DNA of 64,000 nucleotides from Sphyrna mokarran. Its lineage: Eukaryota. Below, one piece after another: positions 1 through 10,685 of this stretch. The notes beneath the pieces were generated by a model. It was not told where the DNA came from. It was given only the letters and a program-made list of their open reading frames with translations, and ran no database searches. Both the position numbers and the translations under genes were made by a program. Positions within the stretch are counted from its first letter, which is position 1. Every line of letters begins with the position of its first letter. The stretch lies in assembly GCA_024679065.1 (NCBI GenBank), contig JAGIQG010000008.1, forward strand, positions 76,322,001-76,386,000. Direction: 5' to 3'.

Positions 1-1064
1 GAGTCACCTCAATTTGAAATTTGTATGTCAGTCACCTGCTTTTAATCCACCACAAGTGACACCTCTTATATGAGACAGTCAATTACCTCACACCTCTATC
101 TAATTAGTGTTAAATGTTATGTTTTCAAAGAGGTGACATCATCATAATTTTCCCTATGGAAAGGATGAATAATTCTAATACAGCACGCAGCTCTCACTGG
201 GTGACAGAGTTCACTGAAGAGTAACCAGTTGTCATAACACTCGTGAGCCTCAGGGTTGTTCATAGCAACACTATGGCCTGGATGAACAAAACAAATTTTC
301 ACTGAATTATTGTATTGGTCGACTTTGATTACAGAAAAGTCATTCTGCACACCTGCAGCTTTTACTCTGGAAGCAGTCTTGATCTGTACGGTGCCTGGAA
401 TGCCTGAAGAAGGAAACTGAATTGATGGCTCTTTGGAGGACAGGATGTTGGATTACTGATGCTATTGAGAAGCCTCCTAATAGCAGAATAACTTTTCAGC
501 TTGGATGCTTCAGTATCTCTTTGTTCTTTCTCAGCCCTCATCACCTACCTTCAAGAACATATGAAATGTAACTCTGACTGCATGAAAGATTATATGTTAA
601 AGGACAAAATAAACTACCCAGGGGATGTAATAATCTATATTCAGGGTTGTGCCTTGGTTGATAGGCTGAACAAGTATTGGGAGCAAAATTCACAAAGATA
701 GCTTCATGGTGCCTTGGATGGCCACCTACTGTTTCATCATTTAGAAACCTTTTTTTGGAGTCCAGATGACTGTGCTCTTAGTTGACAATCTCCCTCTATG
801 TAGCCTTCCACTTGTGCTTTTTGTTGAGGTTGGCATTGAGTTCCAATAAGGACCAACATTCTTTATTGCATCATCCATAGGACCTCCAACCATTCAACAT
901 TGAAGGGAGCCATGCTACTTAGATTTCTCCATAATATTATTAATAATGCTCAATTTTTCAAACCACCTCCACCATTGTTTCTTAGGTAGTGGTTTTCTGT
1001 ATTTGCTCTCTTGAGCTAAGCATGCCACTGGCCTAGTTTGATGGACCAACATTTTAAAAACAAT

Positions 1065-1255
1065 AGTGAAAGTAGAAAGTGCCGGAAAAGTTCAGCGGAT
1101 CTGTCAGTATTTGTGGAGAGAGAGAAACAATTTAACATATGACTCTTCAGAGTTAAAGAGAGAAGGAAATCTGATGTCAGGTTTGCTGGATGTTCCCAAC
1201 ATTTTCTGTTTTTAATTTCACATTTCCAACATCCCAGTATTTCACCTTTATTTTA
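1065..1255. mobile_element. Decayed Penelope-type (family B) terminal-repeat fragment with inverted arms
   Basis: Left arm 'agaaagtgccggaaaagttcagcggatctgtcagtatttgtggagagagagaaac' and right arm 'ttgctggatgttcccaacattttctgtttt' match the element at 34436-34712. Confidence 0.55.
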
Positions 1256-1959
1256 GAAACAAGTATTAAAGGGTGGGGCTCTAATTAGAAAAATCACTGT
1301 GGTCCTCCATTAGAACTGAAGCCTAATGAAGGACCTTGTTGGACTGCATTTTTGTCCTTCTCCAAAAATGGGAATTTAAGGACAGTAATCCTCCAAGATA
1401 CCAATGGAATGTTGACTATTATCTTAAGTGATTAGATATTTTAAAGTGGTGAAATTATGTTTCAGTTGTACAGAGTCTTAACCAGAGCCACCTTGGAAGC
1501 TGTGACTAGTTTTGAGACCTAGGTCTCAGTTTCAATCCTTACCCAAGACTTTCCAGTCTTGCTGCAATGAGTTTTCCTGTAGCAGATGAGGCGATCCATT
1601 TAATTCCCCATTACTTTCAGTGGGACTGGAAGATCCCACCAGTTAGAGGTACCAGAAAATTACGCGTAGTCAATGCTGATTGCCGCCAGGTTTTGGAAAG
1701 GATACTACCCATTGGTTTCAGCACCTGTAGGTTAAGGAAGGGAAAATCAGCCAGAATTCCCACTTTGATTGTAATAACTCTTGGCCAGGACACAAACCAA
1801 AATTTTCAGCCTGGGCCATTTGACATCCTCCATTATGTCAAGAATATGACTAAGAAGAAAAGATGAGGCAAAAGGTGGGCCAAAATCCAGAGCATGGTGA
1901 GGTAGAAGTTTGTACTAGGCTTGCTGTTCTGGATGCACAGGGCTCTGTGTTTGAGTGAG

Positions 1960-2119
1960 AACTCAGTAAAGTTTTACAACACCAATTTTAAATCCAACCA
2001 ATTTATTTGATAGTAAATCCGTGAGCTTATCAAATAAATTGGTTGGATTTAAAATTGGTGTTGTAAAACTTTACTGAGTTTACCCCAGTCCAACGCCGGC
2101 ATCTCTACATCATGACTAC
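1960..2119 (+). mobile_element. Fold-back (hairpin) Penelope-derived short element, family A
   Basis: Perfect 53-bp inverted repeat (1960-2012 / 2028-2080) followed by tail 'taccccagtccaacgccggcatctctacatcatgactac', which resembles the Penelope ORF start context at 42425-42442; flanking direct repeat ttYgagtgagaa (1950-1961 / 2121-2132). Confidence 0.85.
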
Positions 2120-2579
2120 TTTCGAGTGAGAAACCAGTTGTGGATTGCCATAGTGACATCTTGGGACCTTGTACTCAGTTTATGAGATTCCATCCCAGTC
2201 TTTTGAACACAGGAACAGCAATATATAAAATTGTAGGTGAGGGATGATTTACTGTTGGGAATATGGCTACCCTCACCCCCACAATGTTGTATCAAACTGA
2301 AACATGAAAATGTTTATTCTTGGCTGCAGCATTTAATTAAAATGCTGAATTTTATTCATACGAATGCACAATCTTTATTTTCAAAAATTAATTGTGTGAC
2401 TGGATGTGACACAAGGCTGATAGTTCACCTAATATTCTGTCAGAACTAATGCAAGTGTGTGAGATAAGCATTTGTTCTAGTTCGCCTATAGTTCTTAATG
2501 AAAGCCTGTGCCTCTTAAAGGGAGGCTGCACTGAATGAAAGGAAGTGCTGTTGAGTTTCAATGCTGCAATTGGAGAAAA

Positions 2580-2810
2580 TGGAAATTGAACACCAGAGCA
2601 GACTTGCGCTCCAGAGTTCAAAGATGCACAGCTGGAAGTAAACAGAAAGAGAAATGCCATGTTTCCACCGGAGCCAGACGGCCCTAAGGACCACCTTCCA
2701 AAGTGAATCGAAGCAGGTGACCAAAGAGATAAACTCGCAGAACAAAGCCCTGAGAACTTGGTGTCAATGCTGGAAGATGTTCAATGATCTCATATATTCA
2801 AGATTAGTGA
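2580..2810 (+). pseudogene. Decayed Myb/SANT-like DNA-binding gene of a Harbinger transposon
   Basis: Frameshifted peptide pieces LAPEFKDAQLEV...RNAMFP and KQVTKEINSQNKALRTWCQCWKMFNDL fit the Harbinger Myb/SANT pattern (APRF...LE / RTWxQCRKKFNDL). Confidence 0.7.
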
Positions 2811-3018
2811 ATGCATCTAGTGAATTCATTGGTGAATAGAATATCTCATATCCCCCACACCACTAATCTCTCATGTAGCTCATGCCTAAAATTAACATAT
2901 ATCATCTCAGGCCTACCCATCTTCTAATGCTTCCAGTCTCTCACGTACCTTTTGTTACCTTTCCCACATCTCCAACGAATCAGCTTGGGCGAGTACATCA
3001 CCCAAACAAAATGTATGC

Positions 3019-3126
3019 ATACTTACCTGGCAGGGGTGAAACCATAATCAAGCAGGTACTGCATTCAGGAGCTGGCACAGGACAATGCTAGCCCATTTCA
3101 TTTAGCGTTTGCTGTCACCTGCGATT
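3019..3126 (+). pseudogene. U1 snRNA-derived 5' segment (no Sm site or 3' stem-loop)
   Basis: ATACTTACCTGGCAGGGGTGAAACCATAATCAAGCAGGT matches the vertebrate U1 5' end (first 18 nt exact, about 34/39 by eye); downstream 'caggacaatgctagcccatttcattt...tgctgtcacctgcgatt' aligns to U1 stem-loop II region. Confidence 0.85.
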
Positions 3127-3211
3127 GTGGTTTGCCTAAGCCAGGGTACGATAAAGGATCAGAATAGCTAATGAGGTAAAATGGACGTTTTATCTGATGC
3201 TATTTTTTAAA

Positions 3212-3247
3212 GTCACCTTGGCCTTTTGGCTAAGATGAAGCATTAGT
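3212..3247 (+). pseudogene. U2 snRNA-derived 5' fragment
   Basis: GGCCTTTTGGCTAAGAT (3220-3236) is an exact 17-nt match to U2 5' stem-loop I, with degenerate flanks resembling U2 nt ~1-37. Confidence 0.8.
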
Positions 3248-4889
3248 TCAAGCTTGGGAGGGGGTGCAATGCCTCATCTTGTCAGATGGGATCTTGTTTG
3301 AGCGAGCCCGAGATAGGATGCAAAGTCTTGCCAGTTTGGATCTTGTTTGTCCCTCGTGGGGATCATGATTGGCTTTTTTGGTTATAAACAAAATACAAGA
3401 GGTACAAATAAAAAAAAGTGTGTGCTACACAATCACTGACAATTCTGTCCTCTCTCTCCAAGACATAGCAAAAACAAATACAAGAGAACAGCAGAGACAG
3501 CAAGGAGCCAAACACATCTTCATGCTTTGATCCGGACAAAAGAAGTGGGGCTTCACCATGTGGGATAGGGTGTGATAGAGCCCTTAGCTGAGGCCAATCA
3601 GGATACCTTTTGCTTTTTCTCAATTCCCAACGCATTCTTTATTCTATTATAAAATGCAACCTACAGCTGGTGGCATTTCTGTTCCCCACTCCAATTCATC
3701 CCAATCCTCTCCTTCTTCTGATTTTTTGCCTTATATACCCAAGAATTGTTGCCAGGCCTGCCACAATAGCCTCAGGAGAGAGATCTGCACCAGACCTCTG
3801 AGAAAACAACAGTTAGATGGTCTGATACTTCGAGTCAGCAGCTTGGATTAAAGTACTTTGCTGACTTTAAATACTGGTCTAGAATTGAGATCTGCTGACT
3901 TTTTGTTTGGCTATGATATATCCTCTGAATAACTTGTCAATGTTCACTACCCAACTCATGCGTGAACAATGATAGAAAATCAGAATGAAAGTGTAGAATA
4001 TTGGGGAAGAAAAAATGAATGTAGATAACTTTATATTATCATTACTAACATTAAATCCATTTACTTCCCTTCCCGAGTGCATTTTGTTAGTGAAAATTTA
4101 AGTTACTAATAAAGTGGATGTTACAGGAAGTCTGAGTTGCTCTGGCAACATGTAATTTTTACATGTATGTTGAAGTCTAGAGTTATGGATAGTAATTGCG
4201 TAGACTCCAATGTTATTTCCATCACATGGCTGATCAGACATCCCTCCCACTCTTACTATCTGCTGTTGGAGTGTGCTGAAAGGATTTGCAGATTAATACT
4301 GAACTTATTTGGTCATGTTATGAACACATTATCCATAGCCATCAGGTCCTGGGATGGACTGAACTCAGAGCTTCTAGTTCAAAGGTAGAGACATTACCCA
4401 CTGTGCCTTCAGACTTCCACAATAATTGTGTGTGTATCCAAAATAAGAATTTTTTTGCCTAACTGAGGAATGGCTCCTTTAATTCTATTCAGGTAAATAC
4501 AGAGTTAAATAAACAGTTTTAGGGGGAAAAAATCATTTCTTAACTCAGCATACTTTTGCAATAATTGTTTTTTGAAAAGCTGGATGATTGATGGGCAGGG
4601 ATTGGGTGAGCTGGGTTGCAAGAAACTCAATTGGAATAAAAACATTCTGGGTGCGACTCTCCAGTCACGCTCGCCCCAAGTCTGGAAAATCCTGCCCAGG
4701 TCAGTGGACCTTTGCATGGTCCATGTCCCGCCTGTTACATTTCCCATGGTGGGCAAGACTAAAGTTCCACCCTCTATGTCATTTGGCAAAATATTTGTTT
4801 GATTGACAGCTCTTTCACTTTATCAGGCAAAAAAAAATTATTCTGCTTGATTACCAATAGCATTCTAACTACATTTATCATCCAATGGA

Positions 4890-5195
4890 GATAATGGCAT
4901 AGTGGTTTGTCACTGATATAGTAATCCAAAGACCTAGGGTGATGCTCTGGGGATCCAGGTTCAAATCAAGCAACAACAGTGAAATTTCAATTGAAATAAA
5001 AATCAGGAGTTAAAATGTCTAATGATGATACTATTGTTGCAAAAACCTAATGTGCTTTAGGGAAGGAAATCTATTGTCCTTAGCTGGTTTGGCCTACATG
5101 TGACTTCAGATCTACAGCAATGTGATTGACTCAAGGATGGGTAATAAATGCTGGCCCAGTCAGCAAAGCCTATGTCCCATTAACAAATTTTTAAA
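4890..5195 (+). mobile_element. tRNA-headed SINE (family C; further copies 39135-39485, 44150-44318, 51125-51385, and minus-strand 15420-15670)
   Basis: A box-like 'tggcatagtgg', B box 'ggttcaaatc', shared body 'ctttagggaaggaaatct...ggcctacatgtgact...aataaatgctggcc', A-rich end. Confidence 0.75.
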
Positions 5196-6019
5196 AAATT
5201 GTTTATTTTCCAAATCAGTGAGTCTATCTGGAACTTTGAACAGAGTTAATCAATGCAGGCTGCTTCTATAATTCACAAGATGAGGCATTTCATAAAAAGT
5301 AAACTTTTTTTCTGTTATTGCTATAAAGAAATAGTTGAACTTAATTTCTGTATGGCACATGTTGCACCTGTGTTTTTAATTGCTTATTTTAAAGTTGAAT
5401 AAAGTTTGTTTGGTGGTTAAAAACCTAAGTTTAGTGTACTATTATACTGCAAGCTTATGTAGATGAGGAGGCACATGATAGAACCTGTAGCTGAAAAAGG
5501 GTTCTCTGTTTATTATTCCAGGCATGTTATGACGTAGTGAACTAGGATTTAGAGTAAACTAAAACATGGAAGATAAAAATATCCAGGATACAATAAAAGA
5601 GACCACAAGAACATGACAGTACTATTTTGAAGCAGGACCCACCAGAAATGCTCCAAGTGTCAGTTTACAAAGAAACAACTGACAGGATGGAAATCATTTT
5701 CAATGAGAACACACACTTCTTTCTCCAAAGTGGAAAAGATGATAAATGAAACATGGTCTCAGTAGGTGAATTGTGACCTCTAACATCATTGCACAGTTAT
5801 GAATCATAGTTTTGGCAATAATCTATATAAGGCTGATTTTGACTGTCAGGCAACTGCATCTGAACCCACAATAATGCATAAATTTAACTCAGCTTCACAA
5901 GTGCTCATTCTTTGTCAGGATTGCTGCAACAAACTAAGATTATTGAAGCAATGAGAAAATGACAAATATTTAACTCAAAATCTTTTAAAACTGTGGTAGT
6001 AATTATAGTGAAGCCAATT

Positions 6020-7400
6020 CTTACCCTCACCATTCTTGAAAATATCTGCCCCATCTCAACCTCTGCCTCTTCTCCCAAAATCTGTGACCTCCCAACTCCA
6101 GGTCCAATTTTCTAAAGACTTCATGTTTGAATACCTCCAGTCAGGTTTATGTCCCACCACAGTTCTGAAAATGACTTAAATTCAAATTGCATCCTACTTG
6201 ACTGTGACAAAGATAAACTGTCCTTCTTCATCTTTCTCAGTCTGTCTGCAGCCTTTGATAGGGTGCCATCTTCCTCCACTGTCTCTTCACTATTATCCTG
6301 CTGGTTGGCACTGCTTTCACCTGGTCCCATTTTTATTTATCTAATCATAGCCAGAGGATCAAATGTAATGGTTTTCTTCCTGCTCCCACCCTTAATTATC
6401 TGAAAGATTTGGCCTCTCATTTCTCTTATAAATGACGCTCTTTGACGATATCATCCAAAAACAAAATGGCAGTTTTCACATCTACTCCGATTGCATGTAG
6501 CTCTACCTCACCAGTGCCTCTCTCAACTCCTCTAGTGCCTGTTGCTTGTTTGACCTCCAGCACTGATGAAAAAAGATCTTCAATTAAATATTGGAAGACA
6601 GAAACCAGAGATTTTTAACCCTGCTGCAAACGTGTTTCCTAAGTACCTTCTCCCTGGCAACTGCCTGAGACTGAGCTGGACTGTTCATAACCTTGGTGTC
6701 ATGTTTGCTTCCGACTACGTATTTGCACCACAACTAATATCACCCAATTGTAAGCCTGGCTACATTAGCTACTGCTGGAGCTCTCACTTCCAGCTTTGAC
6801 TATTCCAATATACACTTAACCATCATCCATATTCTATCCTTGATACTTGAGATTTAAAATGTTAATGCCCATGTACTAACTTGCACCTTATTTTGTTCCC
6901 ATCACCCCTGATTTTACAGATCTACACTGATTCGTAGTGAAACACCATGTCTTCCTTATTTTTTAAATATCCTCCAGTTCCCCAACATTTTGAGATAGCT
7001 ATACTCCTCTCATTCTGGCTCTTTGAGCATCGTAAATAGTTTGACAATACCAGGTTTAAATCCAACTTGACAAAGGCCATAGAGTCGAAAGCTTGCGAGT
7101 TTACTATCAAATAAGTAGGTTGGATTTAAACCTGATGTTGTCAGACTACTTACTGTGTTTACCCCAGTCCAACACCGGCATCTCTACATCTTTGAGCATC
7201 CCCAGTGTCAATTTCTCCACCATTGGTGGCTATGCCTGCAACTGCAAAATCTCTGGAACACCCTCCCTAAATGCCTCTGCTGCTCTTTCTCTCTTTCCTC
7301 CTTTGAAGTACTTCTCGAGACCTGTCTCTTTGTCCAAGCTTTTGATATCAGTCCTAATATATCCTTATTTAGTTCTGTGTCAAATTTGCTTCAAAATACT
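6020..7400 (+). mobile_element. Decayed L2-clade LINE (RT region to 3' end), interrupted at 7032-7190
   Basis: QSGxxxxHS-like codons at 6139 and ILLDCDKDKLSFFIFLSLSAAFDRV (L2 'LLDLSAAFD' motif); many stops and frameshifts. Confidence 0.7.
7032..7190 (+). mobile_element. Fold-back Penelope-derived short element, family A
   Basis: Imperfect inverted arms (tgacaataccaggtttaaatccaac / gttggatttaaacctgatgttgtca), same 'ccagtccaacaccggcatctctacatc' tail, TSD ctttgagcatc at 7021-7031 and 7190-7200. Confidence 0.8.
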
Positions 7401-8907
7401 CCTGATCTGAAGGATGTAACAGAAATAAGCAGGAGTAAGACCATGGAGCTTAACCTGGAGCCACTGTAGGCGAGTAATGGGTGATGAGTAAACAAACTTT
7501 GGTGTGAGTTAGGACATTTTACTAAATTAAGGGTGCTACATAGGTACAAGTCATTGATGTCTATGTAATTTCCTTTAATAGTGATAAATTAATGGGAATT
7601 TGTGTATGGCAACAAGTCTCTGTTTCACAATTCAGTCTGCATCATATTCATAAGGGAGATACAGATGATGAAGATTACTTGGTCCAACTTAGCTCATCCA
7701 TCCAGAGTCACAGTAGCTGTTTGATCCCAGAATTGTTGCTTACACTGCACATGTGGACGAACAACCTACATGTTGCTCATTCTTCTTATAAAAAACTTCG
7801 AAATGTAAGTCTAAATTTTCCTTTTACTAGTTTATGGTTGTGTACTCTAATTCTGTTCCAGAATTCCAAATTGATCTTCTCTGATTTATGATCTGATATG
7901 CATCTGCATCACTTATCTCCTCTCAAAGGGAAAGGTCAATGTTTTACAGCCTTCAAAACTAAGAACATTAATATTTGGGATTCGTTTTGTGGCCCTTCTC
8001 TGCACCATCTTGACTGCCTCTCTCGTGCCTTGATGACCTGAACTGGGTTAAATTCTCAATATGCAGCCTTACTTTATGCTGTCCAAATAGTACTTCCTTT
8101 GACCTGTAGCCTCCATTTTGAGTCTATTGTTCAATTTTCCATTCTCTGTATAGATTGCTGCTTGATTGTGTTTGGATTTGTTTATCATCATGTTTACTGA
8201 AATCTTTAGCCATTCTCAAAATCAAACTTGGTCATTTTGACATAGCAAATTTGTGGACTTTTGATTTTTTTTCCTTATAGAAAGAATCTGAGAATCTAAT
8301 TATGTTTAAAGTTTGTGTTTGTTAAATAAATGAATTTGCTTAGGTTTGAAAAGAAAGGCTGCAAACTGCAGACACCAGAAATGTGCGTAGAATCTAGACA
8401 GGTCAGTTTGTGGAATTCACAACTGATTTTTTTTTCTAAAAATATACTTTTTCACAAAAATTATGTTAAAAAATTGATCATCCAAAGTTGGTGTTACATA
8501 AGGTGCAGACTAACTCAGTTTCTTTCAATATTGTATGTTACTCACTGCAGATATGATTTTCAATATTCATTACATCTCAAACATATAGGCAGTGAGGATT
8601 TGCCAAGTTTCCAACTCCTGGTGTATTACTTCTGCTTCTGTGGTTGAAATGCTTTATGCAGTGACGTTTCCCCATCCTGCCTTTTCAGCAGCTGCTCCAA
8701 ACTTTCATGTGTTCCTCAGTCTGTGGTCTTGCGTCACACCAGATCCATTATCCAGAACGACTTCCTACTAATCTTGAGAATAGTAGGAGCCTTCAGGCAA
8801 AATTTTATGATTTCTTTGCACCCATTTTGCAGCAGAAAATATCATAAATTTGGGCATAAAGCAGCTAGCAGCAATGGCACCCATTCTTACGCCTGTTGTG
8901 AGCTTCT

Positions 8908-9068
8908 GATGTGGAGATGCCGGTGTTGGACTGGGGTAAACACAATAAGAAGTCTCACAACACCAGGTTAAAGTTCAACAGATTTATTTGGTAGCACAGC
9001 CTTGAAAGCTAGTGGCTTTTGCTACCAAGTAAATCTGTTGGACTTTAAGCTGGTGAGATTTCTTACTG
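8908..9068 (-). mobile_element. Fold-back Penelope-derived short element, family A
   Basis: Reverse-complement tail 'gatgtggagatgccggtgttggactggggtaaac', then inverted arms around 'gaaagctagtggc'. Confidence 0.8.
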
Positions 9069-9155
9069 CAATCTTATGACACCCAGGTTTCTGGTGCTGT
9101 CAGCATCTTGCCAGAAATGGGGGCGAGAAGCTGATTAATATATTTAGATTTATTT

Positions 9156-9818
9156 AACATAAGAACTAGGAGCAGGAGTAAGCCATTTGGCCCCTTAAGC
9201 CCACTCCGCCATTCAGTAAGATCATGGCTGATTTTCTTTTTGTGGACTCAGCTCCACTTACCACCCCGCTCACTATAACACTTCTAATTCTTTTACTGTT
9301 CAAAAATTTATCTATCCTTGCCTCAAAAATAGTTAATGAAGTAGCTTCAAATGCTTCACTGGGCAGGGAATTCCACAGATTCACAACCCTTTGTGTGAAG
9401 AACTTCCTTCTCAACTTAGTCCTAAATCTGCCCGCCCTTATTTTGAGGCCATGCTCCTTATTTCTAGTTTCACCTGACAGTGGAAACAATTTCCCTGCTT
9501 CGAAGTTATCTATTCCCTTCATAACGTTATATGTGTCTGTAAGATCTCCCCTCATTCTTATGAATCCCAGTTTACTCAGTCTCTCCTCATAAGCCAACGC
9601 TCTCAACTCCAGAATCAACCTTGTGAATCTCTTCTGCACCTCCTCAGTGTTAGTATATACTTTCTCAAGTAAGGAGACCAAAACTGTACACAGTCCTCCA
9701 GGTATGGGCCCACCAGCACCTTGCACAGCTGCAACATAGCCTCTCTGTTTTTAAACTCCATCCCTGTAGCAATAAATTATAACATTCCATTTGCCTTAAT
9801 TACCTGCTGCACCTGCAA
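9156..9818 (-). mobile_element. CR1 LINE 3' fragment
   Basis: ORF 9166-9726 has EVQKRFTRLI...YEERLSKLG...RGDL...FFTQRVVNLWNSLP; 3' UTR ends in a ttcttatgtt tail. Confidence 0.9.
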
Positions 9819-9819
9819 T

Positions 9820-10685
9820 AGTGTTTTCCATGTGTTTAATGAGTCTAGTGCTTGATTGTCCAGGCTTGCTTGCCTTTCTGGCCCTGCTGGGAGAGATTCT
9901 CACCAGCAAGGAAAACATCTCCCCATGAATGGGGAATAGTTGCATTGGTTTCACTGGTGGAACAGGAATCTGACACCTGGGCAGTGCCAGCTGGGCACCT
10001 TGGCACTGTCCACTGGGCAGTCCCTGTAGGCCAGTGCAGGGGCAGGGCTAATGGGGGTCAGGCCAATGGAGGATTGGGGTCTGAGCTGGGCTGGGACAGT
10101 GGGTGGGCGTGCCAGGGGATAGGGCCAATGGGGAATAAGACATAGGGCCTAATGAGGGTGTGTCAGAGGAAAGGGACAAAAGTAGGGTTGGGGTCTGTGG
10201 CGGTGGGCCAATGGTGATGAGACGAGTGGGGGCTCTCTACCACCTTGCCACTCTGCCACTTTGCCACTCTGCCATTCTGCCATCCTACCACTGCCTGTGA
10301 TTGGTGGGGGAGGGAGGGGGCCCATGATTGCTCTGGGTGGCGGGGTTGCATTTTGTGCCATGGGCCCCTGTGACTGTGGGGGGGAGGTTGCTGGTTGAAG
10401 CTGCCTGCAGTAGCAGGGGTCTGACAGCTCTTTCACTGTCTGTCAGACTAGTGCTAATGTGCGTGTGCAGTATCAGAGGTCTGTACATGCACAATATCTC
10501 CCTCTATAGGCTAACTGGTGAGTTAAGCCCCACCCACAGCGTCTCTGTCTAGAAATGGACGAGCCCATCTTTTGAGAGACAGAATACATAAGATAGGGCA
10601 TGAAAATTTGCCCAAAAAACGCATCTGGAACTCACCCATTTTTAGACCTACTGGAAACTTAGAAAAAAAAATCTGTTAAATTTCA
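9820..10685. mobile_element. GC-rich non-coding interspersed repeat, probably a non-autonomous DNA transposon
   Basis: Abrupt GC-rich block with internal short repeats (ttgccactc; ctgggcagtgcc); end region resembles the elements at 58995 and 61690. Confidence 0.4.

Noticed and set aside
3019-3247. Functional U1 or U2 snRNA genes
   Set aside because: Both are truncated and lack the Sm site and 3' stem-loops; no recognisable 3' box
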